Positions 18,629-27,138 of a stretch of DNA of 52,922 nt are shown one piece after another. Made by a program: the position numbers and the translations under genes. Source of the stretch: Draconibacterium sp. (GTDB lineage Bacteria; Bacteroidota; Bacteroidia; Bacteroidales; Prolixibacteraceae); the NCBI RefSeq assembly GCF_041583095.1, contig NZ_JBFHGM010000001.1:1-52922 (forward strand). The letters run 5' to 3'. Positions within the stretch are counted from its first letter, which is position 1. Every line of letters starts with the position of its first letter. The notes under the pieces were generated by a model, which had not been told where the DNA came from, searched no databases, and saw only the letters and a program-made list of their open reading frames with translations.

Positions 18629-20575
18629 ATGAAAAATATAAAATACTCATATTACTTATCACTTGTTTGTCTTCTGGCTATTATGCTTACAGGCTGCGAA
18701 GACGTATTTGAAGACGCACTTAACCGAGAAGCAAATTCGCGCGAAACACTTGATGGTGTGTTAGACGATGCCAATAAAGTGAGGGGTTTACTTTCGGCAA
18801 GTTACGCCGGAATGGAAGCTGATAGGAATCCGCATCGCTTCTGGTGTACCGATGAATCGTTAACTGATAATGCATTCGATGCGCAAGGGCAATCGAGTGG
18901 CGATTGGCGCTCCGGAAAATTATCTCCCGATTACAGCCCTGTTTGGTTTAACAGGAGTACCGGCCAGTCAAGCGCAACCGGCTGGTGGGATGGCGGCTGG
19001 TGGGGTGCCTATTGGGGCGCAATCCGGCATTGTAATACGCTAATGGAAAATGCTAAAAATATAACCGTTTCAAAGTCGGAAATGTCACAGGAGGAGATTA
19101 ACCTGATGGTAGCCGAAGCAAAAGCATTGCGTGCCTATTATCACTTTATGTTGGGATGTATTTACGGGCCAGTACCTTTTATGGGGAAAAACATCGATGT
19201 GAATTTTTCGGAATGGCAGGATATGGAGCGCCCTTCTTATCAGGCATTAACCGATTCTATTATTACCCAGCTTGATGAGGTTATCAGTTCGGGGGCACTG
19301 CCAATGAAACGGAACTTCGAATCGAATGACGATAAAGAAAGAATAAGTCTTGGATTTGTATACGGTTTAAAAACAAGGGTTTTGTTGTACAATGCCAGTC
19401 CTTTAAATAACCCGGGTAATCGTGCTGATAAGTATGAGGCAGCAGCCAATGCCTGCGAACAATTCTTAAATCTGAATGCCTACGAACTCGATTCATGGGA
19501 CTGGGACAACAGAGCTGATTCCAGAAAACTGTATATCTCACAAGTATCGGAAAGATTGGAGGAGAAAGAATTAATCTGGGGCTATGGCGGAGCTGGTCAT
19601 AATGTTCATGGAATGAACCTTACTGCAACCGAATTCGGAAAACAGGCTGTTAAGATGGGGAATAAGGCAGGCGAGTGCCCAACGCAGGAAATTGTTGATT
19701 GTTACGAACTTGAAAACGGGGCATTGCTAATCGACCGTTATGATGAAGTACATGAAAATCCGGTTTTTACAAATGAAGCCCTGGCAGCAGGATACGACGA
19801 CTATAACGACCCTTACGGACAATATGGAATTTCGCCCAAACGAGACAAACGTTTTTACCGCGATATTATTCATAACGGAGGTTTTTACGGACTTGGATTT
19901 AATATTCCGTCAATTGCAGGTGGAGCACCAACCGACAGTATTTACGTGATGACATGGATTTCGGCCGATGGAAATAAAAGAGCAAACGGTACGGGTTCGA
20001 ATGGGAACTCGGTTTCGGGCGACAAAAAGCGCACTTACACCGGTTATTACGGCGGGAAAGATAAAGGTGCGGCATACTACGGTGGAACCGGAAGTGGTGT
20101 TCCGTGCAGAAATGCCCGGATGCGATATGCCGAGATTTATCTGAATTATGCCGAAGCTTTATGTGGAGCCGGAAGGTTAAACGAAGCAGCCGAAGCGTTG
20201 AACAAAACCCGGGAAAGAGCCGAACAGCCACGAATTCAGGATGTTCCCAATGCTCAAATTGGAGACAAAGAGTGGTTAATGAAACGAATTCAGAACGAAC
20301 GCAGAGTAGAATTAATGATGGAATGGATGCACCGTTTTATGGATGTTCGTCGCTGGGATGTAATTAGTAATCAAGATAACAATACTATAAGCGGTATGGA
20401 GGTGCTTAAACACGACGATGGTACATTCACGCATGTAAGGTATAAAATGCCCTGGTTGTGGGTTTGCCATAACGAAAAGCACAAAATCCTTCCTATTCCT
20501 AACAGCGACAAAAAGTTTTTGCGAAGTATACAACAACCGGTTGCCTGGGGAGGAACACCTTTTAAGTTCGAATAA
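18629..20575 (+). CDS. susD: SusD/RagB family lipoprotein (SusD1)
   Basis: ATG 18629 (track start is TTG 18620). Lipobox LTG-C followed by acidic EDVFED. Motifs EAKALRAYYHF, RYAEIYLNYAEA, IQNERRVEL, RFMDVRRW. Confidence 0.9.
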   Translation: MKNIKYSYYLSLVCLLAIMLTGCEDVFEDALNREANSRETLDGVLDDANKVRGLLSASYAGMEADRNPHRFWCTDESLTDNAFDAQGQSSGDWRSGKLSPDYSPVWFNRSTGQSSATGWWDGGWWGAYWGAIRHCNTLMENAKNITVSKSEMSQEEINLMVAEAKALRAYYHFMLGCIYGPVPFMGKNIDVNFSEWQDMERPSYQALTDSIITQLDEVISSGALPMKRNFESNDDKERISLGFVYGLKTRVLLYNASPLNNPGNRADKYEAAANACEQFLNLNAYELDSWDWDNRADSRKLYISQVSERLEEKELIWGYGGAGHNVHGMNLTATEFGKQAVKMGNKAGECPTQEIVDCYELENGALLIDRYDEVHENPVFTNEALAAGYDDYNDPYGQYGISPKRDKRFYRDIIHNGGFYGLGFNIPSIAGGAPTDSIYVMTWISADGNKRANGTGSNGNSVSGDKKRTYTGYYGGKDKGAAYYGGTGSGVPCRNARMRYAEIYLNYAEALCGAGRLNEAAEALNKTRERAEQPRIQDVPNAQIGDKEWLMKRIQNERRVELMMEWMHRFMDVRRWDVISNQDNNTISGMEVLKHDDGTFTHVRYKMPWLWVCHNEKHKILPIPNSDKKFLRSIQQPVAWGGTPFKFE

Positions 20576-20631
20576 CGAGTTCCATATTACGGATACGAAC
20601 CGAGGGTTTTTAAACATACAACTTAAATAAA

Positions 20632-23496
20632 ATGAAAAAAATACAGAATAAACTACTGATTACAATTTGTTCCATTTTAACATTCTGTTCAGTTTTCGCC
20701 AGTAATGGAAATGTTGACCAGGATTCAGTTAAGGTGTCGAAAACGAATCAAAAAGAGTATGTCCCTTACGGGATACAGGAAAGAGACCAGGTTTCTGCAG
20801 CTATCTTTTCTATTAGCGGAGATGAATTAAGAACAATACCAACATCAAATTTATTTGTTGCCCTGCAAGGACGGATTCCCGGCCTGTCGATAGTACAATT
20901 ATGTGGAGAAGCAGGAGGAACAACAAATTTATATGTAGATATCCGTGGAAAAGATTCAGATAAATCGAACAAAATATTAACGATTGTTGATGGAGTAGAA
21001 AGAGAGGTAGCTGATGTTGATATTCACGATATCGAGCGGGTGTCGTTATTAAAAGATGCGGCTGCTGTTGCTTTATATGGTATGAGAGGCTCTAACGGGG
21101 TTTTAATGGTTACAACAAAAACCGGATTTGATGGAAAATCAAAAATCGATATTTCTGTTAATCACGCATTTGAAACCCCAACACGAATGCCCGAAATGGT
21201 AAAGGCCTACGATTACGTAAATATGCATAATCAGCGAGTGGTAAACGACTATCGCGCGCTGGGCGAGGAAGTTCCCAAAGGACTTTTGTATTCTGATTAC
21301 GAAATTGAACGGTATAAACTGGGCGATAGCCAGGAGTTTTACCCAACACGCGACGTAATAAAAGATTTTACAAAGGATTTTATGCAAACCACACGGGCAA
21401 ACATAAATTTTACCGGGGGAAACCAACAGGTGAAATATTTTGCCTCAATGGGTTTTTTAACACAAGATGGGATATTTGAAACACAAGATTTTGATGAATA
21501 CTATTACAACAATCAGGAACGTACCAATCGGTTTAATTTCAGAACCAATCTTGATATTACCTTAAATCCTACACTCGTTTTTAAAGTAAACATTGGCGGG
21601 TATTTGCAAAGCTATAACCGACCTTACATTAAAAAAGATGAAAGCTGGGGCTATTTAATTGGCAAATTGTACGAAACACCCAACAATGCCTTTAACGACC
21701 TGACACCAGGTGGTGAGGTGTTGACAAAACAAAACCGATTAGGTTTTCGGCCCAAAGAATCGGTGTATGCTTATTTAAACCGAACCGGGCTTGTACACGA
21801 AAGCAGCACCCGGTTGGGGAATACATTTACCCTGGAACAAAAGTTATCAAACATAACTCCGGGATTAAAAGCTACGGGGCAACTGTCGTTCGATGTATTT
21901 TCGAATAGTATTGCCAACCGAAGTCGCTCGTACGAAGCATGGGAAGTTGCAGCTTTACCTGGCGCAGGCGGAATTGATTCGTTAGGGTATGTTCAGATTG
22001 ACGGTACTTCAAATAGCGGCCTATCTGATAAACAAGGTAAATTCTTTAGCTACATGTATAATTTTCGGGGGCAGATTGATTACGCCAGAAAATTTGATAA
22101 ACATGATGTTACCGCTTTGGTGTTTTTCGAGCGTCAGTTAAATCAGCAACAAAGTTATTTATCAACAAACTATTTAAACCTGGCCGGCCGTGTGGCATAT
22201 TCCTACGATAAAAGATATGCACTTGAGGTAAATGCCTCCTACCAGGGGTCAGAGCAGTTTGCACCGGGTAAACGATGGGGGTTGTTTCCATCGGTTTCAG
22301 GAGCATGGATTATTTCGAACGAGAATTTTATGAAGGATAACAATGTTTTTACCTACCTGAAACTACGCTCTTCGTTCGGAGTAATTGGCAATAGTGTTTA
22401 TAACTATGGAGGTGCAAACCAGTATTTATACCTTACAACATGGCACCAAAATTCGAATGAAGACCAACTGGGTAACATGGATATTACCTGGGAAAAATCG
22501 AAAAAAACAAATATTGGATTAGATGCACAGTTGTTTAACGCTTTAACATTAAGTGCCGATGTGTATTACAATAAGAATACAGACATTATAATTGATAAAA
22601 TAGCTACCGCACCCGGAGGATTTATAGGATTGGATAAAACCTCAGGGATTACACCTCCACGAAATTTGGGTGAAATTGAAAACAAGGGCTTTGAGTTGTT
22701 TGCTAGTTATAATAAGGTGCTAAATAATGGCTTAATGTTTACTGTTGCCGGTAACGTTGCATACAATAAAAACAAACAAATTGAAATGGGGGAGATGCCC
22801 TACGACGACACTTATGCCTATATGTACCGTATGGCCGGTTATGCGGTTCAGGAGCAATGGGGCTACCTTACCGATGGCTTGTTTCAGTCGGAACAGGAAA
22901 TTATCGACTACGGAGTTGATTACTCAATATTCGGACACAACCCAATTCCCGGAGATATTAAGTATAAAGATTTAAACGAGGATGGTGTAATTAATGATAA
23001 AGATAAAGCTCCGCTTGGCGACGAACAAATACCACACATTAATTACGGAATCCAGCTTGAAACAGCCTTCAAAGGTTTCGATGTACGTTTGTTTTTCAAC
23101 GGAATGGCTAACCGCCAGGTGTACTTACATGGTTTTGGGCGCTGGTCGAACAACGACAATTTTACCGAATATATGAAAGGAGCGTGGTCGGAAACAAACA
23201 CTTCTGCAACATATCCGCGCTTAGGTAACGAATCGCAAAATTTTGTTCGAAGCGATTATTGGATGGCGAATGGAAATCTTTTTCGTTTAAAGAATGCCGA
23301 GCTTGGTTATACACTACCCGAAAAGGTAGTAAAAGCCATTCATGCGAGTTCTTTACGATTGTATATAAATGCTACAAACCTTTTTGTAACCGACAATCTT
23401 CCTACAACCGATTTTGATGCTGAGATGGCCAACTCTAACGGGACCAATTACCCAATAATGAAAGATTTTAATGCCGGCCTTACTTTGAAATTTTAA
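20632..23496 (+). CDS. susC: SusC/RagA family TonB-dependent transporter (SusC2), shortened at the N-terminus
   Basis: SPI signal, plug LKDAAAVALYGMRGSNGVLMVTTK, GSEQFAPGKRWGLFPS, ITWEK, PGDIKYKDLNEDG, C-terminal Phe. It lacks the N-terminal extension domain. Confidence 0.93.
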   Translation: MKKIQNKLLITICSILTFCSVFASNGNVDQDSVKVSKTNQKEYVPYGIQERDQVSAAIFSISGDELRTIPTSNLFVALQGRIPGLSIVQLCGEAGGTTNLYVDIRGKDSDKSNKILTIVDGVEREVADVDIHDIERVSLLKDAAAVALYGMRGSNGVLMVTTKTGFDGKSKIDISVNHAFETPTRMPEMVKAYDYVNMHNQRVVNDYRALGEEVPKGLLYSDYEIERYKLGDSQEFYPTRDVIKDFTKDFMQTTRANINFTGGNQQVKYFASMGFLTQDGIFETQDFDEYYYNNQERTNRFNFRTNLDITLNPTLVFKVNIGGYLQSYNRPYIKKDESWGYLIGKLYETPNNAFNDLTPGGEVLTKQNRLGFRPKESVYAYLNRTGLVHESSTRLGNTFTLEQKLSNITPGLKATGQLSFDVFSNSIANRSRSYEAWEVAALPGAGGIDSLGYVQIDGTSNSGLSDKQGKFFSYMYNFRGQIDYARKFDKHDVTALVFFERQLNQQQSYLSTNYLNLAGRVAYSYDKRYALEVNASYQGSEQFAPGKRWGLFPSVSGAWIISNENFMKDNNVFTYLKLRSSFGVIGNSVYNYGGANQYLYLTTWHQNSNEDQLGNMDITWEKSKKTNIGLDAQLFNALTLSADVYYNKNTDIIIDKIATAPGGFIGLDKTSGITPPRNLGEIENKGFELFASYNKVLNNGLMFTVAGNVAYNKNKQIEMGEMPYDDTYAYMYRMAGYAVQEQWGYLTDGLFQSEQEIIDYGVDYSIFGHNPIPGDIKYKDLNEDGVINDKDKAPLGDEQIPHINYGIQLETAFKGFDVRLFFNGMANRQVYLHGFGRWSNNDNFTEYMKGAWSETNTSATYPRLGNESQNFVRSDYWMANGNLFRLKNAELGYTLPEKVVKAIHASSLRLYINATNLFVTDNLPTTDFDAEMANSNGTNYPIMKDFNAGLTLKF

Positions 23497-23523
23497 TTTG
23501 GAAAAATTTTAGACAAATTAGAC

Positions 23524-25308
23524 ATGAAAAATTTTCTTACAAAAAAATATTACTTCGTTCTCCTGGCGTTTGGAGCATTGGTTTCATGCCAGGATATTCT
23601 GGACGAAACTCCTTCAGATAAATTAAGTACCGAACGCTTGTTGAAAAGCGAAAGCGGAATCAACGGTTTTCGCGACCAGGCTTATAGTTATCTTGACAAT
23701 GATTTTACTTCGCATCATTCAGGCGAAATGCTGGAAGTATACACCGACGATGCTGTAAGAGCCGGTAGCGGAGCTTGTTACAACTGGCATTCAGGTAATT
23801 TGTCGGCTGATAATACCATATTTGCAAACGGGCTTTGGAGCCGTTACTGGGGCGGAATACGAAAATGTAACCTTGCTCTTGAATACATGCCGCAATCGCA
23901 AGTACCCGAAGATAAAATTAGTCCGGCTGATATTGAGCGATGGATGGACGAAGTAAAAGTACTGCGGGCGTGGTATCATTTCGAATTAATCCGGAATTTT
24001 GGTCCACTACCGTTTATCCGTGAAGTAATATATGATGATTATGACGGATTTCAGGACATCGTTAGACCGGAATTTGGTGAGATAGCAGCAGAAATTATTG
24101 CAGAACTGGATGAGGTTATCAACAATGAAATATTGCCGGTACGTTCGGCATATCCGAGCGAATACAGTAAAATTAATCTGGCAGTTGCCCATGCATTAAA
24201 ATCTAGGGTTGCATTATATGCTGCAAGTGCTCTAAATAATCCGAACAACGATACATACTGGTGGGAACTTGCAAAACAGTATAGTTCCGGTGCAATAACA
24301 AATTTGCAGGGAGAATACGGGCTAATTTCCATTGAGGATTATCAGAATTTGTTTACCGAAAACATTGATGTAAAAAATATCGAAGTTCTCTTCCGCGGGA
24401 ATAACCAGGAGGCAATCAACAAATCCGATGGTGTCGACTTATATGGTTTCTTAACCAACGACCGTACAAATAACTGCGGAGCAGTACCATCACAGGAACT
24501 CGTGGATTGTTTTGAGATGCTGGATGGTACATTGCCCGTAAGTCAGTATGACTCAGAGCATGTTAATCCCACTTTTTCGAATGGATATAGCGAGAATGCA
24601 GGTAATGAAATATACAAAAACAGAGATGCCCGGTTAAATTATGCAGTTGTATTTAACGGTTGCGATTATGGAAGGTATAAAAGTATGCCGCAAGGTGACC
24701 CCAATATTGTAATATACACATACGAGGGCAAAGAGTTTACAGGATTTAATGCTAATCCTCTATCTCAGGAAGAGGCGGATAAAAGACGTTCGGTTACCGG
24801 ATATTACGGACGAAAATTCAAGCAGGCGGCCTACTGGGGAAGCACAGTGGGAAATACCCAGGCTCGAAAAATTTATTTCAGAATGGCAGAGCTTTATTTA
24901 AACCTGGCTGAGGCTGAATGTGAGTTGGGTAATTTAGACGATGCCATTAATGCCCTTGATGTAATTCGCAATCGTGCCGGCCAGCCCGGATTAAAAGATG
25001 TTCCGGGTTTTCAAAATACCAAGGCCTTTGTTAAGGCCCGTATTCGGAACGAACGCCGGGTGGAATTATGTTTTGAAGGGCATCGTTTCTACGACCAGCG
25101 AAGGTGGAAAGATTTAAGCGGGATTAACATTGTTACCGGAATGAAAATAACCAGCAGCAACAATAACGATGATGGTGAGTTCTCCTATGAACGTGTGAAA
25201 ATTAACCTCCCCAGAGAGGCCGGAAGCGAAAAGTATTATTACCTGCCATTGTCTGTTGAGGAGGCACGACGCTTAACGGGAATTGGCCAGCCTTCGGAGT
25301 ATTATTAA
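23524..25308 (+). CDS. susD: SusD/RagB family lipoprotein (SusD2)
   Basis: Lipobox LVS-C then QDILDE. Motifs EVKVLRAWYHFEL, RMAELYLNLAEA, IRNERRVELCFEGHRFYDQRRW. Confidence 0.93.
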   Translation: MKNFLTKKYYFVLLAFGALVSCQDILDETPSDKLSTERLLKSESGINGFRDQAYSYLDNDFTSHHSGEMLEVYTDDAVRAGSGACYNWHSGNLSADNTIFANGLWSRYWGGIRKCNLALEYMPQSQVPEDKISPADIERWMDEVKVLRAWYHFELIRNFGPLPFIREVIYDDYDGFQDIVRPEFGEIAAEIIAELDEVINNEILPVRSAYPSEYSKINLAVAHALKSRVALYAASALNNPNNDTYWWELAKQYSSGAITNLQGEYGLISIEDYQNLFTENIDVKNIEVLFRGNNQEAINKSDGVDLYGFLTNDRTNNCGAVPSQELVDCFEMLDGTLPVSQYDSEHVNPTFSNGYSENAGNEIYKNRDARLNYAVVFNGCDYGRYKSMPQGDPNIVIYTYEGKEFTGFNANPLSQEEADKRRSVTGYYGRKFKQAAYWGSTVGNTQARKIYFRMAELYLNLAEAECELGNLDDAINALDVIRNRAGQPGLKDVPGFQNTKAFVKARIRNERRVELCFEGHRFYDQRRWKDLSGINIVTGMKITSSNNNDDGEFSYERVKINLPREAGSEKYYYLPLSVEEARRLTGIGQPSEYY

Positions 25309-25332
25309 ACTAATCATATAAAACTTTTAGAA

Positions 25333-27018
25333 ATGAAACGAAAATACAGATATCTGCTTTTTATTTTTGCTATAGCAAGCATTCTTGGTAGTTGCAGCAA
25401 AGAAGAGTTTAAGCCCATCGATTCAATGCTTATTGGAATAGGCAACGTTACAAAAGAAGCCATTCCTGTTATTGTTTCTGAAAATGAATGGAACGAAGCA
25501 CTTGTTTTATTGCGCGAACACAACGTGAGGTTAAAGGGAGTACAGAGTTATTTTGGTAACAACGGTTATCAGGGAGATTATGATGGCGATGAGTATGGAA
25601 TCGACGATGAAGAGCTGACAGGTGCTTTCATTCAGGAACAGCTTACACAGCTTCAATTTACAATCGATTCTGTTTGGGGAATGTATGTAGGTGACGATTT
25701 TAGTACGATAGGGTCAACAAATCCGGGAATACAGCGATTGAAAGCCAAACTTTATGCTAATACTGCCGGCGAAGTTGCCGCAATTTACGATTGGTTATGT
25801 GGAACAGGAGAAGACGGAGATTATAATGCCTTATCGATTATTGCACAGGTTGATAATGTAAAGGAATTATTAGAATTTAACGAGCTCACAAGTGATGAGG
25901 TAAATGCATATATTAATGGAATTACAGAGCGGTTTAGCACTACAAAAGAATACTATACCTGGCTGGAGTCGGAAATAGTAAAACCTGAATTTACCAAAGT
26001 GCAGAGAGAGGTTTATGCATTGTTACAAACTGATATTGACGAAATTGAAGCTTTACTTGCAGATGATGAGATAATTGCAGCTGATGCGCCAATCCTGGTG
26101 TTTCAGGCTGCTGTAGAAGAATTCGTCAGTTATGTTGATAACGGCTATATTTCTGATGCTAAAATGCCTGCTGTTGCTGGTGAAATTGCTACAATTGCAG
26201 AATTAAAGTGGCTGAGCACAGAAGCCTCAGCATGGGGAGGTGAGTGGAAACTTGTTGCCGATATTGATGCTGCGGAAACACGTCGCTGGAATGGTGGTGC
26301 TGGGTTTATGCCTATAAGTGATTATGCCGGAATTTTAGATGGTAATTATCATTTTATTTCGGGGCTTTATATAAACGAACAGGCCAATCCAAAAACAGCT
26401 TTTATTGCACAACTAAGCGGAGGGACGGTAAAAAACCTCGGTTTGGTAAATGTCGATTTTGTTACAGCTTCAGGCGTTAATCACGCAGGTGTTATCGTTG
26501 GATTAGGAGCGGCTTGCAGAATTGAAAATTGCTTTGTTGCCGGAAAAACACACATGCAAAGCGGTCAGTCAGGATGTTTTACGGGGCGTATTGACGGTGG
26601 CGATTTAATAAATTGTGTTTCGTATGTCGATGGAATTGGCAATCCTCCCAATAATCACAATGGTGGCATTATTGGTTTAATTACCGGAGCAATAAACCTG
26701 AACAATGTGCTAATGGCGGGCTCTCTTGTACCTGCACCCGGAAAAGAAGGGAAGAATATAAAGGTTATACTTGCCGCTAATGCGGGAGCCACTCTACAGT
26801 TTTCAGGTGTTTATTACGATTCGGAAGCGAATTATCTGGAGCCGGGAATGGAGGCAGTTGGATTCCCTACTGCTCAGTGGGATGATTTGGCCAATTTCCC
26901 CGAAATGAGTGACGAGATTTGGGAAATCAGAACGGTTCCCGAAATTAATGAAAATCCAAGACCATACCTCAAAGGTTTTAATTACGAAACAATAGCAGAC
27001 ATGACTTTGCCTTTATAA
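25333..27018 (+). CDS. Surface lipoprotein in the SusE position: acidic helical N-terminal half plus GLUG/beta-helix-like C-terminal domain
   Basis: Lipobox LGS-C then SKEEFK. The C-terminal half has IATIAELKWL, WKLVADID, GFMPI, GILDGNYHFISGLYI, GTVKNLGLVNV, AGVIVG and GGIIG, typical of GLUG-motif solenoids. It directly follows susD2. Confidence 0.75.
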   Translation: MKRKYRYLLFIFAIASILGSCSKEEFKPIDSMLIGIGNVTKEAIPVIVSENEWNEALVLLREHNVRLKGVQSYFGNNGYQGDYDGDEYGIDDEELTGAFIQEQLTQLQFTIDSVWGMYVGDDFSTIGSTNPGIQRLKAKLYANTAGEVAAIYDWLCGTGEDGDYNALSIIAQVDNVKELLEFNELTSDEVNAYINGITERFSTTKEYYTWLESEIVKPEFTKVQREVYALLQTDIDEIEALLADDEIIAADAPILVFQAAVEEFVSYVDNGYISDAKMPAVAGEIATIAELKWLSTEASAWGGEWKLVADIDAAETRRWNGGAGFMPISDYAGILDGNYHFISGLYINEQANPKTAFIAQLSGGTVKNLGLVNVDFVTASGVNHAGVIVGLGAACRIENCFVAGKTHMQSGQSGCFTGRIDGGDLINCVSYVDGIGNPPNNHNGGIIGLITGAINLNNVLMAGSLVPAPGKEGKNIKVILAANAGATLQFSGVYYDSEANYLEPGMEAVGFPTAQWDDLANFPEMSDEIWEIRTVPEINENPRPYLKGFNYETIADMTLPL

Positions 27019-27065
27019 AACCAAAGGAGAATTGTTAACAGCTGTTCGAAAAAATGATTTAACCA

Positions 27066-27110
27066 TTTATACGCAGGGAAGTTGAAACTTCCCTGCCGTA
27101 TAAAGTTTTC
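27066..27110 (+). terminator. Intra-operon hairpin (leaky terminator or mRNA-stabilising stem) after the susCD/surface protein cassette
   Basis: Stem GCAGGGAAGT (27073-27082) / ACTTCCCTGC (27087-27096) with loop TGAA, extended by TTTATAC/GTATAAA. Followed by an imperfect U-tract GTTTTCTGTGTTT. Confidence 0.7.
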
Positions 27111-27138
27111 TGTGTTTCGTTATTTTTAATATTAAAGA

